A DNA stretch of 64,000 nt from an uncultured Actinomycetota bacterium (GCA_963816995.1 CAWFMI010000004.1:95973-159972); one strand, 5' to 3'; positions 53,397 through 63,205 are shown, counted from the first letter of the stretch. Made by a program: numbers and translations. The notes: a model not told the origin generated them from the sequence alone.

Positions 53397-54315
53397 AGCG
53401 GATCCTCGGGTCGAGAACTGCGTAGATCACGTCCACCAGCAGGTTCATCAGCAGGTAGACGATCACGAGCAGGACGACCACCCCGGTGACGGTGGCGCCC
53501 TCCCGCAGCGAGATGGAGCGGAAGATCAGGCCGCCGATGCCGCGGATGTTGAAGATGCCCTCGGTGACGATCGCGCCGCTCATGAGCGAACCCAGGTCGA
53601 CACCGAGGAATGTGACGACCGGGATGAGCGAGTTGCGCAGCAGGTGCACGCCGACCACCCGGCGCGGCTCGAGACCCTTCGCGACGGCGGTGCGGACGTA
53701 GTCCGAGCGCCGGTTCTCCGCGATGGAGGTGCGGGTGAGCCGGGCCACGTACGCCATCGACAGGCTGGCCAGCACGAAGCCGGGCACGATCAGCTCCGCG
53801 AACCCGGCGTCGGCGGAGACGGTCGGGGAGATGATCCCCAGCCGCAGTCCGAGCACGGTCTGCAGCACGTACCCGGTGACGAACACCGGGATCGAGATCA
53901 GGAACAGCGTGGAGACCAGCACGAGGTTGTCGAGGAAGCCGCCCGAGCGCAGGCCGGTGAGGATGCCCGCGAGCAGCCCGATGACGGCCTCGATCAGTAG
54001 CGCGACGATGGCCAGCCGCAGCGTGACCGGGTAGGCGGCCGCGATCAGCTCGCCGACCGACGTGCCGGAGAACGTCTCGCCGAAGTCGCCCTGCAGCAGG
54101 TTGCCGAGGTATCGGACGTACTGGACGACCACGTTCTCGTCGAGGTGGAACTCCTCGCGCATGCGCGTGACGTAGGCGTCCGGGCAGGCCCGCTCGCCGC
54201 ACTTGCCGGCGAACGGGTCGCCGGGCAGAGCCCAGACGAGCAGGTAGATGAGGAACGTCGTCCCGATGAACACCGGGACGAGCTGGACGAGCCGTCGAAG
54301 GATGTAGCGCCCCAA
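53389..54315 (-). CDS. Peptide ABC transporter permease (OppB-like), second operon
   Basis: Starts MGRYILRRLVQLVPVFIGTTFLIYLLV. Ends ...AVLDPRIRYV. Confidence 0.9.
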   Translation of the reverse strand: MGRYILRRLVQLVPVFIGTTFLIYLLVWALPGDPFAGKCGERACPDAYVTRMREEFHLDENVVVQYVRYLGNLLQGDFGETFSGTSVGELIAAAYPVTLRLAIVALLIEAVIGLLAGILTGLRSGGFLDNLVLVSTLFLISIPVFVTGYVLQTVLGLRLGIISPTVSADAGFAELIVPGFVLASLSMAYVARLTRTSIAENRRSDYVRTAVAKGLEPRRVVGVHLLRNSLIPVVTFLGVDLGSLMSGAIVTEGIFNIRGIGGLIFRSISLREGATVTGVVVLLVIVYLLMNLLVDVIYAVLDPRIRYV

Positions 54316-54388
54316 GAGTGCCGCCTTCCGATCGCGACGGCGGACGGCGGCCGGTGGGGCCCGGCCGCCATCCGCGTTGCCGCGGTCC

Positions 54389-56032
54389 TTACTCCGAGAC
54401 CGTGACGCTCTCCAGGTCGAGCTCGCGGAACGGCGTGACCGTGACGGTCTGCATCCGGTCCGACCAGCCGGCCTGGAACGACTGGAAGTACACCGGGATC
54501 GCGGGCATGTCCTGGATGATCAGGCGCTCGGCCTCCTGGTAGATGGCGTTGCCCTCCTCCGTGGACGGGGCCGCGTCCGCGCGGGCCAGCAGCGCGTCGA
54601 CCGCCGGGTTGGAGTACTCGCCGTCGTTCGTCGAACCGCCCGTGCGGTACAGCGGGTTGAGGAAGTTCTCGATCGACGGGTAGTCCGCCACCCAGCTGCT
54701 GCGGTAGATCCGGTTCATCTGCCGGGCGTTGATCGCCGAGCGGATCTCGCCGAACGTGGGCACCGGCACGAAGTTGCACTGCACGCCGAGCGCGTTGCTG
54801 ATCGACACGCAGGTGGCCTGGATCCACTCGGCGTTGCCGGAGTCGGCGTTCGAGGTGATCTCGATCGGGCCCTGGAACCCGGTGGCCTGGAACATCTGCC
54901 GCGCCCGCTCCGGCTGGAACGTGCACAGCTCGCCGCACTGGTTCGCGACGCGGCCCGGCACGTCGGGGGCGACGAGGCCGTCCGCGGGCGGCCGGGTACC
55001 GCCGAAGATCTGCTGGTTGACCTGCTCCCGGTCGATCGCCATCGAGATGGCCTGACGCAGCTGCGGGTTCTGGTAGCGGGCGTCGTAGAGCGGGAAGCCG
55101 AGGCGCTGCACGCCGAGGTAGGTCCGGGAGACGCTGCGGTTCGCGAGGTCGGTCTGGTAGAGGTTGCCCGCGATGCCGGACGGCGGGATGACCTCGATGA
55201 AGTCGAGGTTGTTCGCCACCACGTCGGCGTACGCCGCCTCGGCGGACTCGTAGAAGCGGAACTCGACCCCACCGATGGTGGGCCGCGGCGAACCCGGCCA
55301 CTCCTCGTAGCGCTCGACGGTGATGTTGACGCCCGGCTGGCGGGAGACGAAGCGGAACGGCCCGTTGCCGATCGGGTTGGCCTCGAACGCGGCCTTGTCG
55401 TTGAAGAACACGTCCGGGAGAGGCGAGAACGCGCGGTAGCCCAGCATGGTCGGGAACACCACGAACGGCGCGGACAAGGTGACCTCGAAGGTCCGGTCGT
55501 CCACCACCCGCAGGCCCGACATCTCCTGCGCGGCCGGCTGTGGCGCCGTCTGCGGGCCGGCGGTGCCGTCCGGGTCCTCGGTGTGGACCTGGTCGAAGCC
55601 CTGGATCTGGGAGAAGAAGGAGCCGTTCTGCTGGCCGTTGGGGGAGTAGGCGGTGTAGTTCCAGGACCGGACGAAGCTCTGCGCGGTGACCGGGGTGCCG
55701 TCGTGGAACGTCCAGCCGTCCTTCAGCGTGATCGTGTAGACCTGCGAGTCGGCGGTCTCGATCGACTCGGCCACCATGTTGGCCGGCTCGGCGGTGGTCG
55801 GGTCGTACTCGACGAGCGGGCTGAACAGCGCGTCGATGATCTTCCCGCCGCCGGTCTCGTTCGTGTTGCCGGGCACGAGCGGGTTCTCCGGCTCGGTGCC
55901 GTTGACACTGATCGTGGCATCACCCGGTGCCGTGGCGTCCCCACCTGGCTCGCCGCCACCGCCGCACGCGGTGGTGATCAGGGCGACGGACAGTGGTACG
56001 GCCGTCCAGACGGCTGCTCGTCGTGCTCGCAT
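54389..56032 (-). CDS. Peptide ABC transporter substrate-binding lipoprotein (family 5), second operon
   Basis: Start at MRARRAAVWTAVPLSVALITTACGGGG (lipobox); the upstream part of the listed ORF is rejected. Confidence 0.85.
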   Translation of the reverse strand: MRARRAAVWTAVPLSVALITTACGGGGEPGGDATAPGDATISVNGTEPENPLVPGNTNETGGGKIIDALFSPLVEYDPTTAEPANMVAESIETADSQVYTITLKDGWTFHDGTPVTAQSFVRSWNYTAYSPNGQQNGSFFSQIQGFDQVHTEDPDGTAGPQTAPQPAAQEMSGLRVVDDRTFEVTLSAPFVVFPTMLGYRAFSPLPDVFFNDKAAFEANPIGNGPFRFVSRQPGVNITVERYEEWPGSPRPTIGGVEFRFYESAEAAYADVVANNLDFIEVIPPSGIAGNLYQTDLANRSVSRTYLGVQRLGFPLYDARYQNPQLRQAISMAIDREQVNQQIFGGTRPPADGLVAPDVPGRVANQCGELCTFQPERARQMFQATGFQGPIEITSNADSGNAEWIQATCVSISNALGVQCNFVPVPTFGEIRSAINARQMNRIYRSSWVADYPSIENFLNPLYRTGGSTNDGEYSNPAVDALLARADAAPSTEEGNAIYQEAERLIIQDMPAIPVYFQSFQAGWSDRMQTVTVTPFRELDLESVTVSE

Positions 56033-56102
56033 GGGCCCCCATATCCTCCGAACGGGGGGCGCAGATGGTGCGTCCGCCGTATCTCCGGGTGATGTTGGGG
56101 CC

Positions 56103-56117
56103 GGACAGTATCTGTCC
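56103..56117. promoter_or_regulatory. Palindrome in the divergent SBP / mshB intergenic region
   Basis: GGACAG-TAT-CTGTCC (perfect 6-3-6), about 70 bp upstream of the second-operon SBP start. Confidence 0.3.
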
Positions 56118-56214
56118 GAATCGTTTCTGTTCACCTCCTTCAGGTCACAAATCAGTTGCGTGCCTGGTCGGGCGCCGCCCGACACCGCCCGAGCCGCGCA
56201 CGTAGAGTGCGATC

Positions 56215-57090
56215 GTGATGCCACCCCCGGCACGGCGGAGGCTGCTCCTGGTGCACGCCCACCCCGACGACGAGACGCTCTCCACGGGCGGCACGATCGC
56301 GCGCTACGCCACCGACCCCGACACGGCCGTCACCCTCGTCACCTGCACCCTCGGGGAGCAGGGGGAGGTGATCCCCGCCGAGCTCGCCGAGCTCGCGCCC
56401 GAGCGCGGCGACCAGCTCGGCGGCTACCGCGCCGGCGAGCTCGCCGCCGCGTGCGCCGCGCTCGGCGTTCGCGACCACCGCTACCTCGGCGGGATCGGCC
56501 GCTGGCGCGACTCGGGGATGGCGCTCGCCGGGCACGGAGTGCGGGCGGCCATGCCCGAACGGCTGCACCCCCGGGCCCTCGCCCGGCTGGACGCGTTCGA
56601 CGAGCAGGTCGACCAGCTCGTCGCCGTGCTGGAGGACGTGCGCCCGCAGGTCGTGGTCACGTACGGCGCCGACGGCGGCTACGGGCACCCCGACCACGTC
56701 CGGGCCCACGAGATCACCGCCGCCGCCGTGCGCCGCGTGCCTGCCCGCATGTTCTGCACGGTGGTCGGCCGGTCCACCCTCGACACCGGGCTGACGAAGC
56801 TGGCCGGCCGGGACGGGCTGCCGTTCCGGATGCCCGAGCCGGACGCGCTGCCCAGCGTGCCGGACGAGGCGATCGGCGTGCGGCTCGACGTCTCCGCACA
56901 GCGGGCGGCCCGCGTCGAGGCCATGCGCGCGCACGCCACGCAGGTGGCGGTGTGGTCGGACGGCGAGGTCACGGCGTTCGCGGTGAGCAACTTCGTCGCG
57001 CAGCCGCTGCTCGACGTCGAGGAGTTCATCCCGGCAGATGGCGGCGCTGCGCCGGTCGACGACCTGTTCGGAGAGAGCGTGGATGACTGA
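56215..57090 (+). CDS. mshB: GlcNAc-inositol deacetylase MshB (LmbE/PIG-L family, mycothiol biosynthesis)
   Basis: LLLVHAHPDDETL and GYGHPDHVRAHE metal-binding motifs. Gene context matches actinobacterial mshB. Confidence 0.85.
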   Translation: MMPPPARRRLLLVHAHPDDETLSTGGTIARYATDPDTAVTLVTCTLGEQGEVIPAELAELAPERGDQLGGYRAGELAAACAALGVRDHRYLGGIGRWRDSGMALAGHGVRAAMPERLHPRALARLDAFDEQVDQLVAVLEDVRPQVVVTYGADGGYGHPDHVRAHEITAAAVRRVPARMFCTVVGRSTLDTGLTKLAGRDGLPFRMPEPDALPSVPDEAIGVRLDVSAQRAARVEAMRAHATQVAVWSDGEVTAFAVSNFVAQPLLDVEEFIPADGGAAPVDDLFGESVDD

Positions 57091-57520
57091 GCGGACCATG
57101 GGTGAGACCGCGGAAAACGTGCTGGCGCCGGAGCCGGCCCGACCGCTGGTGCCCGACGCCGTGCTGCTCGTGCTCCTCGTCGCCGACGGCTTGCTGCTCG
57201 GGGCGTTCGGGCTGATGTTCACGCCGCTCTACACCAACGGCATCCCCGTGCCGATGGGCATCGTGCTGTCGGTCCTGGTACTGCCGTGGCTCGTGCGGCA
57301 GGCCGGCGAGATCGACTCGCGGCCCGCGGTGGCGGGTGCGCCGCTCGTGGCATGGGTGGTGGCGGTCGGCGTGCTGGGGCTCTTCGGCCCCGGCGGCGAC
57401 TCCATGCTGCTGGCGAACTGGCTGTCGCTGGCGCTGGCCTTCTTCGGGATCGGCTCAGGCCTGTGGGCGCTGCGCGCGGTGCTGGAACGGGAGTACCGCG
57501 ATCGGGCCGCCGGTGGGTGA
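57083..57520 (+). CDS. Small integral membrane protein (conserved downstream of mshB)
   Basis: Four hydrophobic segments. The ATG overlaps the end of mshB. Confidence 0.6.
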   Translation: MTERTMGETAENVLAPEPARPLVPDAVLLVLLVADGLLLGAFGLMFTPLYTNGIPVPMGIVLSVLVLPWLVRQAGEIDSRPAVAGAPLVAWVVAVGVLGLFGPGGDSMLLANWLSLALAFFGIGSGLWALRAVLEREYRDRAAGG

Positions 57521-58277
57521 GGCCATTCCGGACCGGGCGATCATCGCGGTCCTCCGGCCGTTCGTGCGTGCCACCCGCCCCGTACTCGACGCGCTGCGCG
57601 AGTCCGACCCGTTCGGCCTCCGCTCCCGGGCCGCCCACAACGGGGATGCGCCCGCCGAGGAGCGCGGGCTCCGGGACAGGGTCCTCGACGCGCTCGCCGC
57701 CGTCGAGGTCCCGGGCACCGCCGCGTGGGCGGCGATGGACGTCCCGGCCCGCAGCCGCTGGTGGGTGTACCGGGTCGGGCGGTTCACCACGCTGATCGCC
57801 GCCGTGCCCGGACTGGGCGGGGCGCTCGCCAACCGGCTGCCCGTCTCCAAGGCGGTGGGGGCCGCGGGGCAGGGCCTGCTGCTGGTCGCCATCGCGGGTG
57901 AGTACGGCGTCCGGGACGAGGACGAGCTGGTCAACCTGCTGGGGGCGGTGCTCTGCCACCGAGAGCTCGCCGTGTCGGCCGCCACCGGCACCGAGGATGC
58001 GGCTGCCGACGCCCGCGCGGCCGAACTCACCGGCGACCTGGCGAATCCCTCCGCCGCACCCAGCCTCGCCCGGGTGGCGGGGGCGGTCTGGCGGCTGGGC
58101 CGCGCGCTGTTCGCCGTGGAGGACGAGCTCGACAAGCGCCCGCACGGCAACCTGCTGCACGAGGGCCTCGGCATGCTGCCGGTGGTCGGGGCGGTCGGGA
58201 AGTACTTCGGTGAGTGGTCCGGCCTCAAGAAGGCGGCCCGCGAGGCCGAGAAGCGCCTCGCGAGGCCTGGCCGCTGA
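57513..58277 (+). CDS. Hypothetical protein
   Basis: Coding-like composition. GTG 57513 overlaps the upstream stop by 8 nt. One hydrophobic stretch (FTTLIAAVPGLGGALA). No family recognised. Confidence 0.45.
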   Translation: MGEAIPDRAIIAVLRPFVRATRPVLDALRESDPFGLRSRAAHNGDAPAEERGLRDRVLDALAAVEVPGTAAWAAMDVPARSRWWVYRVGRFTTLIAAVPGLGGALANRLPVSKAVGAAGQGLLLVAIAGEYGVRDEDELVNLLGAVLCHRELAVSAATGTEDAAADARAAELTGDLANPSAAPSLARVAGAVWRLGRALFAVEDELDKRPHGNLLHEGLGMLPVVGAVGKYFGEWSGLKKAAREAEKRLARPGR

Positions 58278-58295
58278 CGCACGGCGCCTCGGCCG

Positions 58296-58494
58296 GCGCA
58301 CCCCTGGTCGGTCCACGCCACGCGTCGACGGGTGGCGTGGGCAGACACGGGAAGCGTCGGCGCAAGCCGGGTGCGCCGCGCCGTCGAGCGGGCCGCCGGC
58401 CTCCGGTGGCGCGTCACGCACCCGGTCTCCGGCCGCGCACCCCCTGTCGGCTCACGCCACGCGTCGACGGGCCGCGTCGGCGCGGAAGGGGTGC
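58296..58494. repeat. Two tandem nested hairpins containing a direct repeat of about 45 bp
   Basis: GGCGCACCC / GGGTGCGCC encloses CCACGCCAC / GTGGCGTGG (58296-58378). CGCACCCCT / AGGGGTGCG (58436-58494) is a second outer stem. GCGCACCCCTG..TCGG..CACGCCACGCGTCGACGGG occurs twice. Confidence 0.75.
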
Positions 58495-58503
58495 GTGGGC
58501 GGG

Positions 58504-59535
58504 TCAGGCGGGTGGCACCAGGTAGCGGTAGCGATGGTGCTCGACGTAACCGAGGCGGTCGTAGAGCGTGCGGGCGCCCTCGTTCTGGAGGGCCACCTGC
58601 AGTACCGCCCACCGGGCGCCCTGCTCGCGACCCCAGGCCGCGGCGGCGGCGAGGAGGGCGCTGGCGTGCCCGCGGCGGCGGGCCGCAGGCACGACCTCGA
58701 GCATCGAGACGTGCACGTGGTCGGCGACGACGGCGGCCCGCACCTGCCCGAGTACCGCGCCGCCGGGGTCGCGCAGCATGCCGAACGCGGTGTCGGGGGC
58801 ACCGGCGAGCACCCGCTCCTGGGCCGGGGTGGGAGGGCCGCCGGTGGCGAGCCGCCACCAGTCGGCGGTCGGCCGGGACGGCAGTTCGATGCGCAGGCCG
58901 GGCGGCGGCTCGAGATCGGACACGGGCGCGACCATCACCGACACCTCGGCGCCCTTCGCGTGCCCGACGTTCAGCACCCAGCCCTCGGCCGCCACGGCGC
59001 GATCCCACGGGGAACCGACGGGCACCTGCACGCGGGACGGCACGGCGTGCTCGCCGGCGAAGCGGCGCACCTCTGCCAGCGCCTCCGCCATGGGCAGGCC
59101 CGGGCTGCCGAGCGCGAGAGCCGAGTTCGCCCGCGCGGTGTAGTCGCCCGCTGCGCGCATCCGCCACGCCCCGAGCGGCCGCTCGGCCTGCGCGGGCCAG
59201 GCGTCCGCGCACAGCCCCTCCAGCCGGACGACCGCGGCGAGCGGGGCCCGGCGCGGCGGCGCGGGCGGCACGGCGCGCACCGCGACGACGGACGAGCGCT
59301 CGACGCGCACCGGGCCGCCCCGCGTCTGCACGATCACGGCGCCGGCGCCGGCCGCGGCGAGCTCCCCGACGGCGTCGGTGAGGAGCGGCCGGCCGGCGCG
59401 CTCGCCGATGCGGTGCCGCAACGCCACGCGCGCGCCTATCAGCTCCTCCGGGATCTCCACCGGACCATCGTGCGCTCCTTCTTCGACGGGTTTCTCACAT
59501 GCCCCGGCTCCCACTTCGCTCACAGCGCGATACAT
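58504..59535 (-). CDS. GNAT-family N-acetyltransferase (two-domain type)
   Basis: C-terminal ...[54 protein letters not shown] is a GNAT acetyl-CoA-binding core. Start uncertain. Confidence 0.7.
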   Translation of the reverse strand: MYRAVSEVGAGACEKPVEEGAHDGPVEIPEELIGARVALRHRIGERAGRPLLTDAVGELAAAGAGAVIVQTRGGPVRVERSSVVAVRAVPPAPPRRAPLAAVVRLEGLCADAWPAQAERPLGAWRMRAAGDYTARANSALALGSPGLPMAEALAEVRRFAGEHAVPSRVQVPVGSPWDRAVAAEGWVLNVGHAKGAEVSVMVAPVSDLEPPPGLRIELPSRPTADWWRLATGGPPTPAQERVLAGAPDTAFGMLRDPGGAVLGQVRAAVVADHVHVSMLEVVPAARRRGHASALLAAAAAWGREQGARWAVLQVALQNEGARTLYDRLGYVEHHRYRYLVPPA

Positions 59536-59575
59536 ACTGTGGAAGTCCCTAGTTCGCCCGCGTGGAGGACCACCC

Positions 59576-59902
59576 GTGACCTACGTGATCGCCGAGCCCT
59601 GCGTCGACCTGCTCGACAAGGCGTGTATCGAAGAGTGTCCGGTGGACTGCATCTACGAAGGCGGGCGGATGCTCTACATCCACCCCGACGAATGCGTCGA
59701 CTGCGGTGCGTGCGAGCCGGTCTGCCCCGTCGAGGCGATCTACTACGAGGACGACGTCCCCGAGCAGTGGACCGCCTACACCAAGGCCAACGTCGACTTC
59801 TTCGACGAGCTGGGCTCGCCCGGCGGTGCCTCGAAGGTCGGCAAGGTCAATCGGGACGTCGAACCCGGCCTGAGCCTGCCGCCGCAGCAGCACGACGAGT
59901 GA
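59576..59902 (+). CDS. fdxA: 7Fe ferredoxin (3Fe-4S plus 4Fe-4S)
   Basis: [29 protein letters not shown]...[21 protein letters not shown] 59576 follows GTGGAGGA. Confidence 0.92.
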   Translation: MTYVIAEPCVDLLDKACIEECPVDCIYEGGRMLYIHPDECVDCGACEPVCPVEAIYYEDDVPEQWTAYTKANVDFFDELGSPGGASKVGKVNRDVEPGLSLPPQQHDE

Positions 59903-60985
59903 GGGCCGCACTCCCGGACTTCCCCTGGGACAGCCTCGCCGAGGACAAGGCGCTCGCCGCCGCTCATCCCGGAGGGATCGTCGACCTGTCGGTCGGCACC
60001 CCCGTCGACCCCGTCCCGGCCTCGGTGCGCGCCGCGCTCGCCGGCCCGGCGGCCGACGCCCCCGGTTACCCGACCACCCACGGTCCCGAGTCGTTGCGCG
60101 CGGCGATCGCCGGATCGCTGGCCCGCCGGTTCGGGGTCACCGTCGACCCGGTCCCGGTGCTGCCGACCATCGGGTCCAAGGAGCTCGTCGCCTGGCTGCC
60201 CACGCTGCTCGGGCTCGGCGCCGAGCACACGGTGGTGATCCCCGAGCTCGCCTACCCCACCTACGAGGTGGGAGTCCGGCTCGCCGGAGCGCAGCTCGTC
60301 CGGTCCGACTCCACCGCCGCGCTCGGCCCGCGCCGCGTGGCGCTGGTGTGGCTGAACTCGCCGTCGAACCCCACCGGCCGGGTACTGCCGGCCGAGCACC
60401 TGCGTAAGGTCGTCCACTGGGCGCGCGAGCGGGGCGCCGTCGTGGCGTCGGACGAGTGCTACCTGTCCCTGTCGGACGGTTCCGCCCCCTCGGTGCTGCA
60501 CCCCGACGTCTGCTGCGGATCGCACGAAGGGCTGCTCGCCGTCCACTCGATGTCGAAGTCCTCCAGCCTCGCCGGCTACCGCGCCGGGTTCGTCACCGGT
60601 GACCCGCGGCTCGTCGCCGACCTGCTCGAGGTGCGCAAGCACGCCGGAATGATCGTGCCCCGGCCGGTGCAGGCGGCGATGGAAGCGGCCGCCACCGACG
60701 ACGCGCACGTCGCTGCGCAGGCGCAGGTCTACAGCCGGCGCCGGGCCCGCGCTGCGCGCCGCGTTCGAGGCGGCCGGGTACCGGATCGAACACTCCGAGG
60801 CGGGCCTCTACCTGTGGGCCACCGCCGACGAACCGGGCCGCGTGACGGTACGGCGCCTCGCCGAGGCCGGGATCCTGGTGGCGCCCGGCGACTTCTACGG
60901 CCCGACCGGCGCCCAGCACGTGCGCGTGGCCCTCACCGCCACGGACGAGCGGGTCGAGGCGGCGGCGGAGCGCCTGAAGGGCTGA
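59899..60985 (+). pseudogene. dapC: Succinyldiaminopimelate aminotransferase DapC with an apparent 1-nt frameshift near 60746-60748
   Basis: The frame from GTG 59899 gives LNSPSNPTG and SMSKSSSLAGYRAG (PLP lysine) up to ...AQAQVYSRRRA. The expected C-terminus ALRAAFEAAGYRIEHSEAGLYLWAT...HVRVALTATDERVEAAAERLKG-stop (TGA 60983-60985) lies in the +1 frame. Total length is 3n+1. Confidence 0.7.
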
Positions 60986-61002
60986 CCCGCACCGAGCCCG
61001 AG

Positions 61003-61057
61003 TTGCAGCAAAGCCACTTTCACGCAACCACGTTGCAGGAAAGTGGCTTTGCTGCAA
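61003..61057. repeat. Perfect 19-bp-stem palindrome with a nested mini-hairpin (possible bidirectional terminator)
   Basis: TTGCAGCAAAGCCACTTTC (61003-61021) / GAAAGTGGCTTTGCTGCAA (61039-61057). The loop contains GCAAC-CAC-GTTGC. Lies between the convergent dapC and dapD stops. No U-tract. Confidence 0.8.
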
Positions 61058-61067
61058 TCCCGGGGCG

Positions 61068-62003
61068 TCAGTTGCTGTGGAGAGCCTCGTTCAGGGCGAT
61101 GCCCTCGCCGGTGCGGGGCAGGGCCTCGACCGTGCCGGTGACGGAGTTGCGGCGCAGCAGGATGCCGCTCTCGCCGGACAGCGTGCGGGCGGGAGTCGTG
61201 CTCCCGTCCGGCAGGGTGACCTTGGTGCCCGCGGTGACGTACAGGCCGGCCTCCACCACGCAGTCGTCGCCGAGGGAGACGCCGATCCCGGCGTTGGCGC
61301 CGATCAGGCACCGCTCGCCCACCGAGATCACCTCCTTGCCGCCGCCGGAGAGCGTGCCCATGATCGACGCGCCGCCGCCGACGTCGGAGCCGTCGCCCAC
61401 GACGACACCGGCGGAGATGCGCCCCTCGACCATCGACGCGCCGAGGGTGCCGGCGTTGTAGTTGACGAATCCCTCGTGCATCACCGTGGTGCCGGCAGCG
61501 AGGTGGGCCCCGAGCCGGACGCGGTCGGCGTCGGCGATGCGGACGCCCCCGGGCACCACGTAGTCGACCATCCGGGGGAACTTGTCGACGCCGTACACGG
61601 CCACCGGGCCGCGGGCGCGCAGCCGGGCACGGGTGAGCTCGAAGCCCGGCACCGGGCACGGGCCCTGGCTCGTCCACACGACGTTGGCGAGCACGCCGAA
61701 GATGCCGGCCATGTTGGCCTCGTGCGGAGCGACCAGGCGGTGGCTCAGCAGGTGCAGCCGCAGGTAGGCGTCCTGGGCGTCGGCGGGCGGGTCGGCGAGC
61801 GAGGCGATCGCGGTGCGGACCACGACGGTGCTGACGCCGCGGGCGTCGTCCGTGCCCACCAGCGGCTCCAGGTCCGCGGTGACATCCGGTGCGTCCGCGC
61901 CCAGCGCGGGGGCGGGGTACCAGGTGTCCAGGACGGTGCCATCTGCGGTGACGGTGGCCAGGCCGGTACCGGAGGCCCCCTCGATGCGAAGTGCGCTGCT
62001 CAC
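61068..62003 (-). CDS. dapD: Tetrahydrodipicolinate N-succinyltransferase
   Basis: 311 aa with a left-handed beta-helix hexapeptide region (...[28 protein letters not shown]...). Actinobacterial DapD architecture and dapC/dapE context. Confidence 0.88.
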   Translation of the reverse strand: MSSALRIEGASGTGLATVTADGTVLDTWYPAPALGADAPDVTADLEPLVGTDDARGVSTVVVRTAIASLADPPADAQDAYLRLHLLSHRLVAPHEANMAGIFGVLANVVWTSQGPCPVPGFELTRARLRARGPVAVYGVDKFPRMVDYVVPGGVRIADADRVRLGAHLAAGTTVMHEGFVNYNAGTLGASMVEGRISAGVVVGDGSDVGGGASIMGTLSGGGKEVISVGERCLIGANAGIGVSLGDDCVVEAGLYVTAGTKVTLPDGSTTPARTLSGESGILLRRNSVTGTVEALPRTGEGIALNEALHSN

Positions 62004-62052
62004 GGCCTCACGCTAACGGCCCGCGGCCCGGAGGTAGGACGCGGGCGGAGCG

Positions 62053-62122
62053 ACTTCACACATCGCGCCCCGCCTTCACACAGGGCCGGCCCTGTGTGAA
62101 GGCCATCCGCGGTGTGTGAAGT
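62053..62122. repeat. Nested double-palindrome element, copy 3 (dapD/dapE divergent promoter)
   Basis: Outer stem ACTTCACACA / TGTGTGAAGT is perfect (10 bp). The inner CCTTCACACAGGGCC-GGCCCTGTGTGAAGG is a perfect 30-bp palindrome (62073-62102). Confidence 0.9.
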
Positions 62123-63205
62123 GTGGCCAGTAGCGTTCGTGACGTGCACTCCCTGGACCTTGCCGGTGATCCCGTCGAGCTCTGCGCCGCGCTCGTGGAC
62201 GTGCCCAGCGTCTCCGGGGACGAGAGGCAGCTCGCAGACCTGCTCGAGGCCGCCCTGCGCACCCAGGCCCCGCACCTGGAGGTGCTGCGCTCCGGCGACG
62301 CGGTGCTGGCGCGCACCGGGCTGGGCCGTGAGAAGCGGGTGCTGCTGGCCGGGCACATCGACACCGTGCCGATCGCCGACAACGTGCCGAGCCGGCGCGC
62401 CGGCGACCGGCTCTACGGCTGCGGCACCTCGGACATGAAGGCGGGCGACGCCGTGTTCGCCCACCTCGCGGTCGCGCTGCCCGAGCCCCGCCACGACCTC
62501 ACGTTCGTCTTCTACGACTGCGAGGAGGTGGAGGCCACGCGCAACGGGCTCGGGCGGATCGAGCGCGAGCACCGCGACTGGCTCGTCGCCGACCTCGCGA
62601 TCCTCGGCGAGCCGACGAACGGCGCCGTCGAGGCCGGTTGCCAGGGCACGTTGCGCGTCGAGATCACCGTCCGCGGGCGGCGCGCGCATTCGGCGCGGTC
62701 GTGGCTGGGGGAGAACGCCGTGCACGCCGCCGAGCGGGTGCTGCACCGGCTCGCCACGTACTCCGCCCGGGAGGTCGACATCGACGGCTGCCGGTACCGC
62801 GAGGGCCTGCAGGCCGTGCGGATCGCGGGCGGGGTGGCGGGCAACGTGGTGCCCGACGAGTGCGTGGTCACGGTCAACTTCCGCTTCGCCCCCGACCGGG
62901 ACGTGGCGGCGGCCGAGAAGCACGTGCGCGAGGTGTTCGACGGCTTCGAGGTCGTCCTCACCGACCTGTCGCCCGGCGCGCTGCCCGGTCTCGCCGCGCC
63001 CGCCGCGCAGGAGTTCCTCGCCGCCACCGGCGCCGAACCCACCGCCAAGCTCGGCTGGACCGACGTGGCGCGTTTCGCCGCGCTCGGCATCCCGGCGCTG
63101 AACTACGGTCCGGGCGACCCGAACCTCGCCCACACCCGGGACGAGCACGTCGACCCGCGCAAGATCACTGAGGCACTGGACGTCCTCCGCCGTTTCCTCG
63201 GCTGA
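62123..63205 (+). CDS. dapE: Succinyl-diaminopimelate desuccinylase (M20 family)
   Basis: [10 protein letters not shown] and [11 protein letters not shown] motifs. Start is either GTG 62123 (abuts the repeat) or GTG 62144 ([13 protein letters not shown]...). Confidence 0.9.
   Translation: MASSVRDVHSLDLAGDPVELCAALVDVPSVSGDERQLADLLEAALRTQAPHLEVLRSGDAVLARTGLGREKRVLLAGHIDTVPIADNVPSRRAGDRLYGCGTSDMKAGDAVFAHLAVALPEPRHDLTFVFYDCEEVEATRNGLGRIEREHRDWLVADLAILGEPTNGAVEAGCQGTLRVEITVRGRRAHSARSWLGENAVHAAERVLHRLATYSAREVDIDGCRYREGLQAVRIAGGVAGNVVPDECVVTVNFRFAPDRDVAAAEKHVREVFDGFEVVLTDLSPGALPGLAAPAAQEFLAATGAEPTAKLGWTDVARFAALGIPALNYGPGDPNLAHTRDEHVDPRKITEALDVLRRFLG

Noticed and set aside
57898-61461. 1187-aa ORF, the longest in the window
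   Set aside because: It is an artefact of stop-poor high-GC sequence. Most of it is Arg/Pro/Gly-rich nonsense antisense to, or out of frame with, real genes. Only the internal segment 59899-60747 is genuine dapC. The tail arises from the frameshift and runs antisense into dapD.
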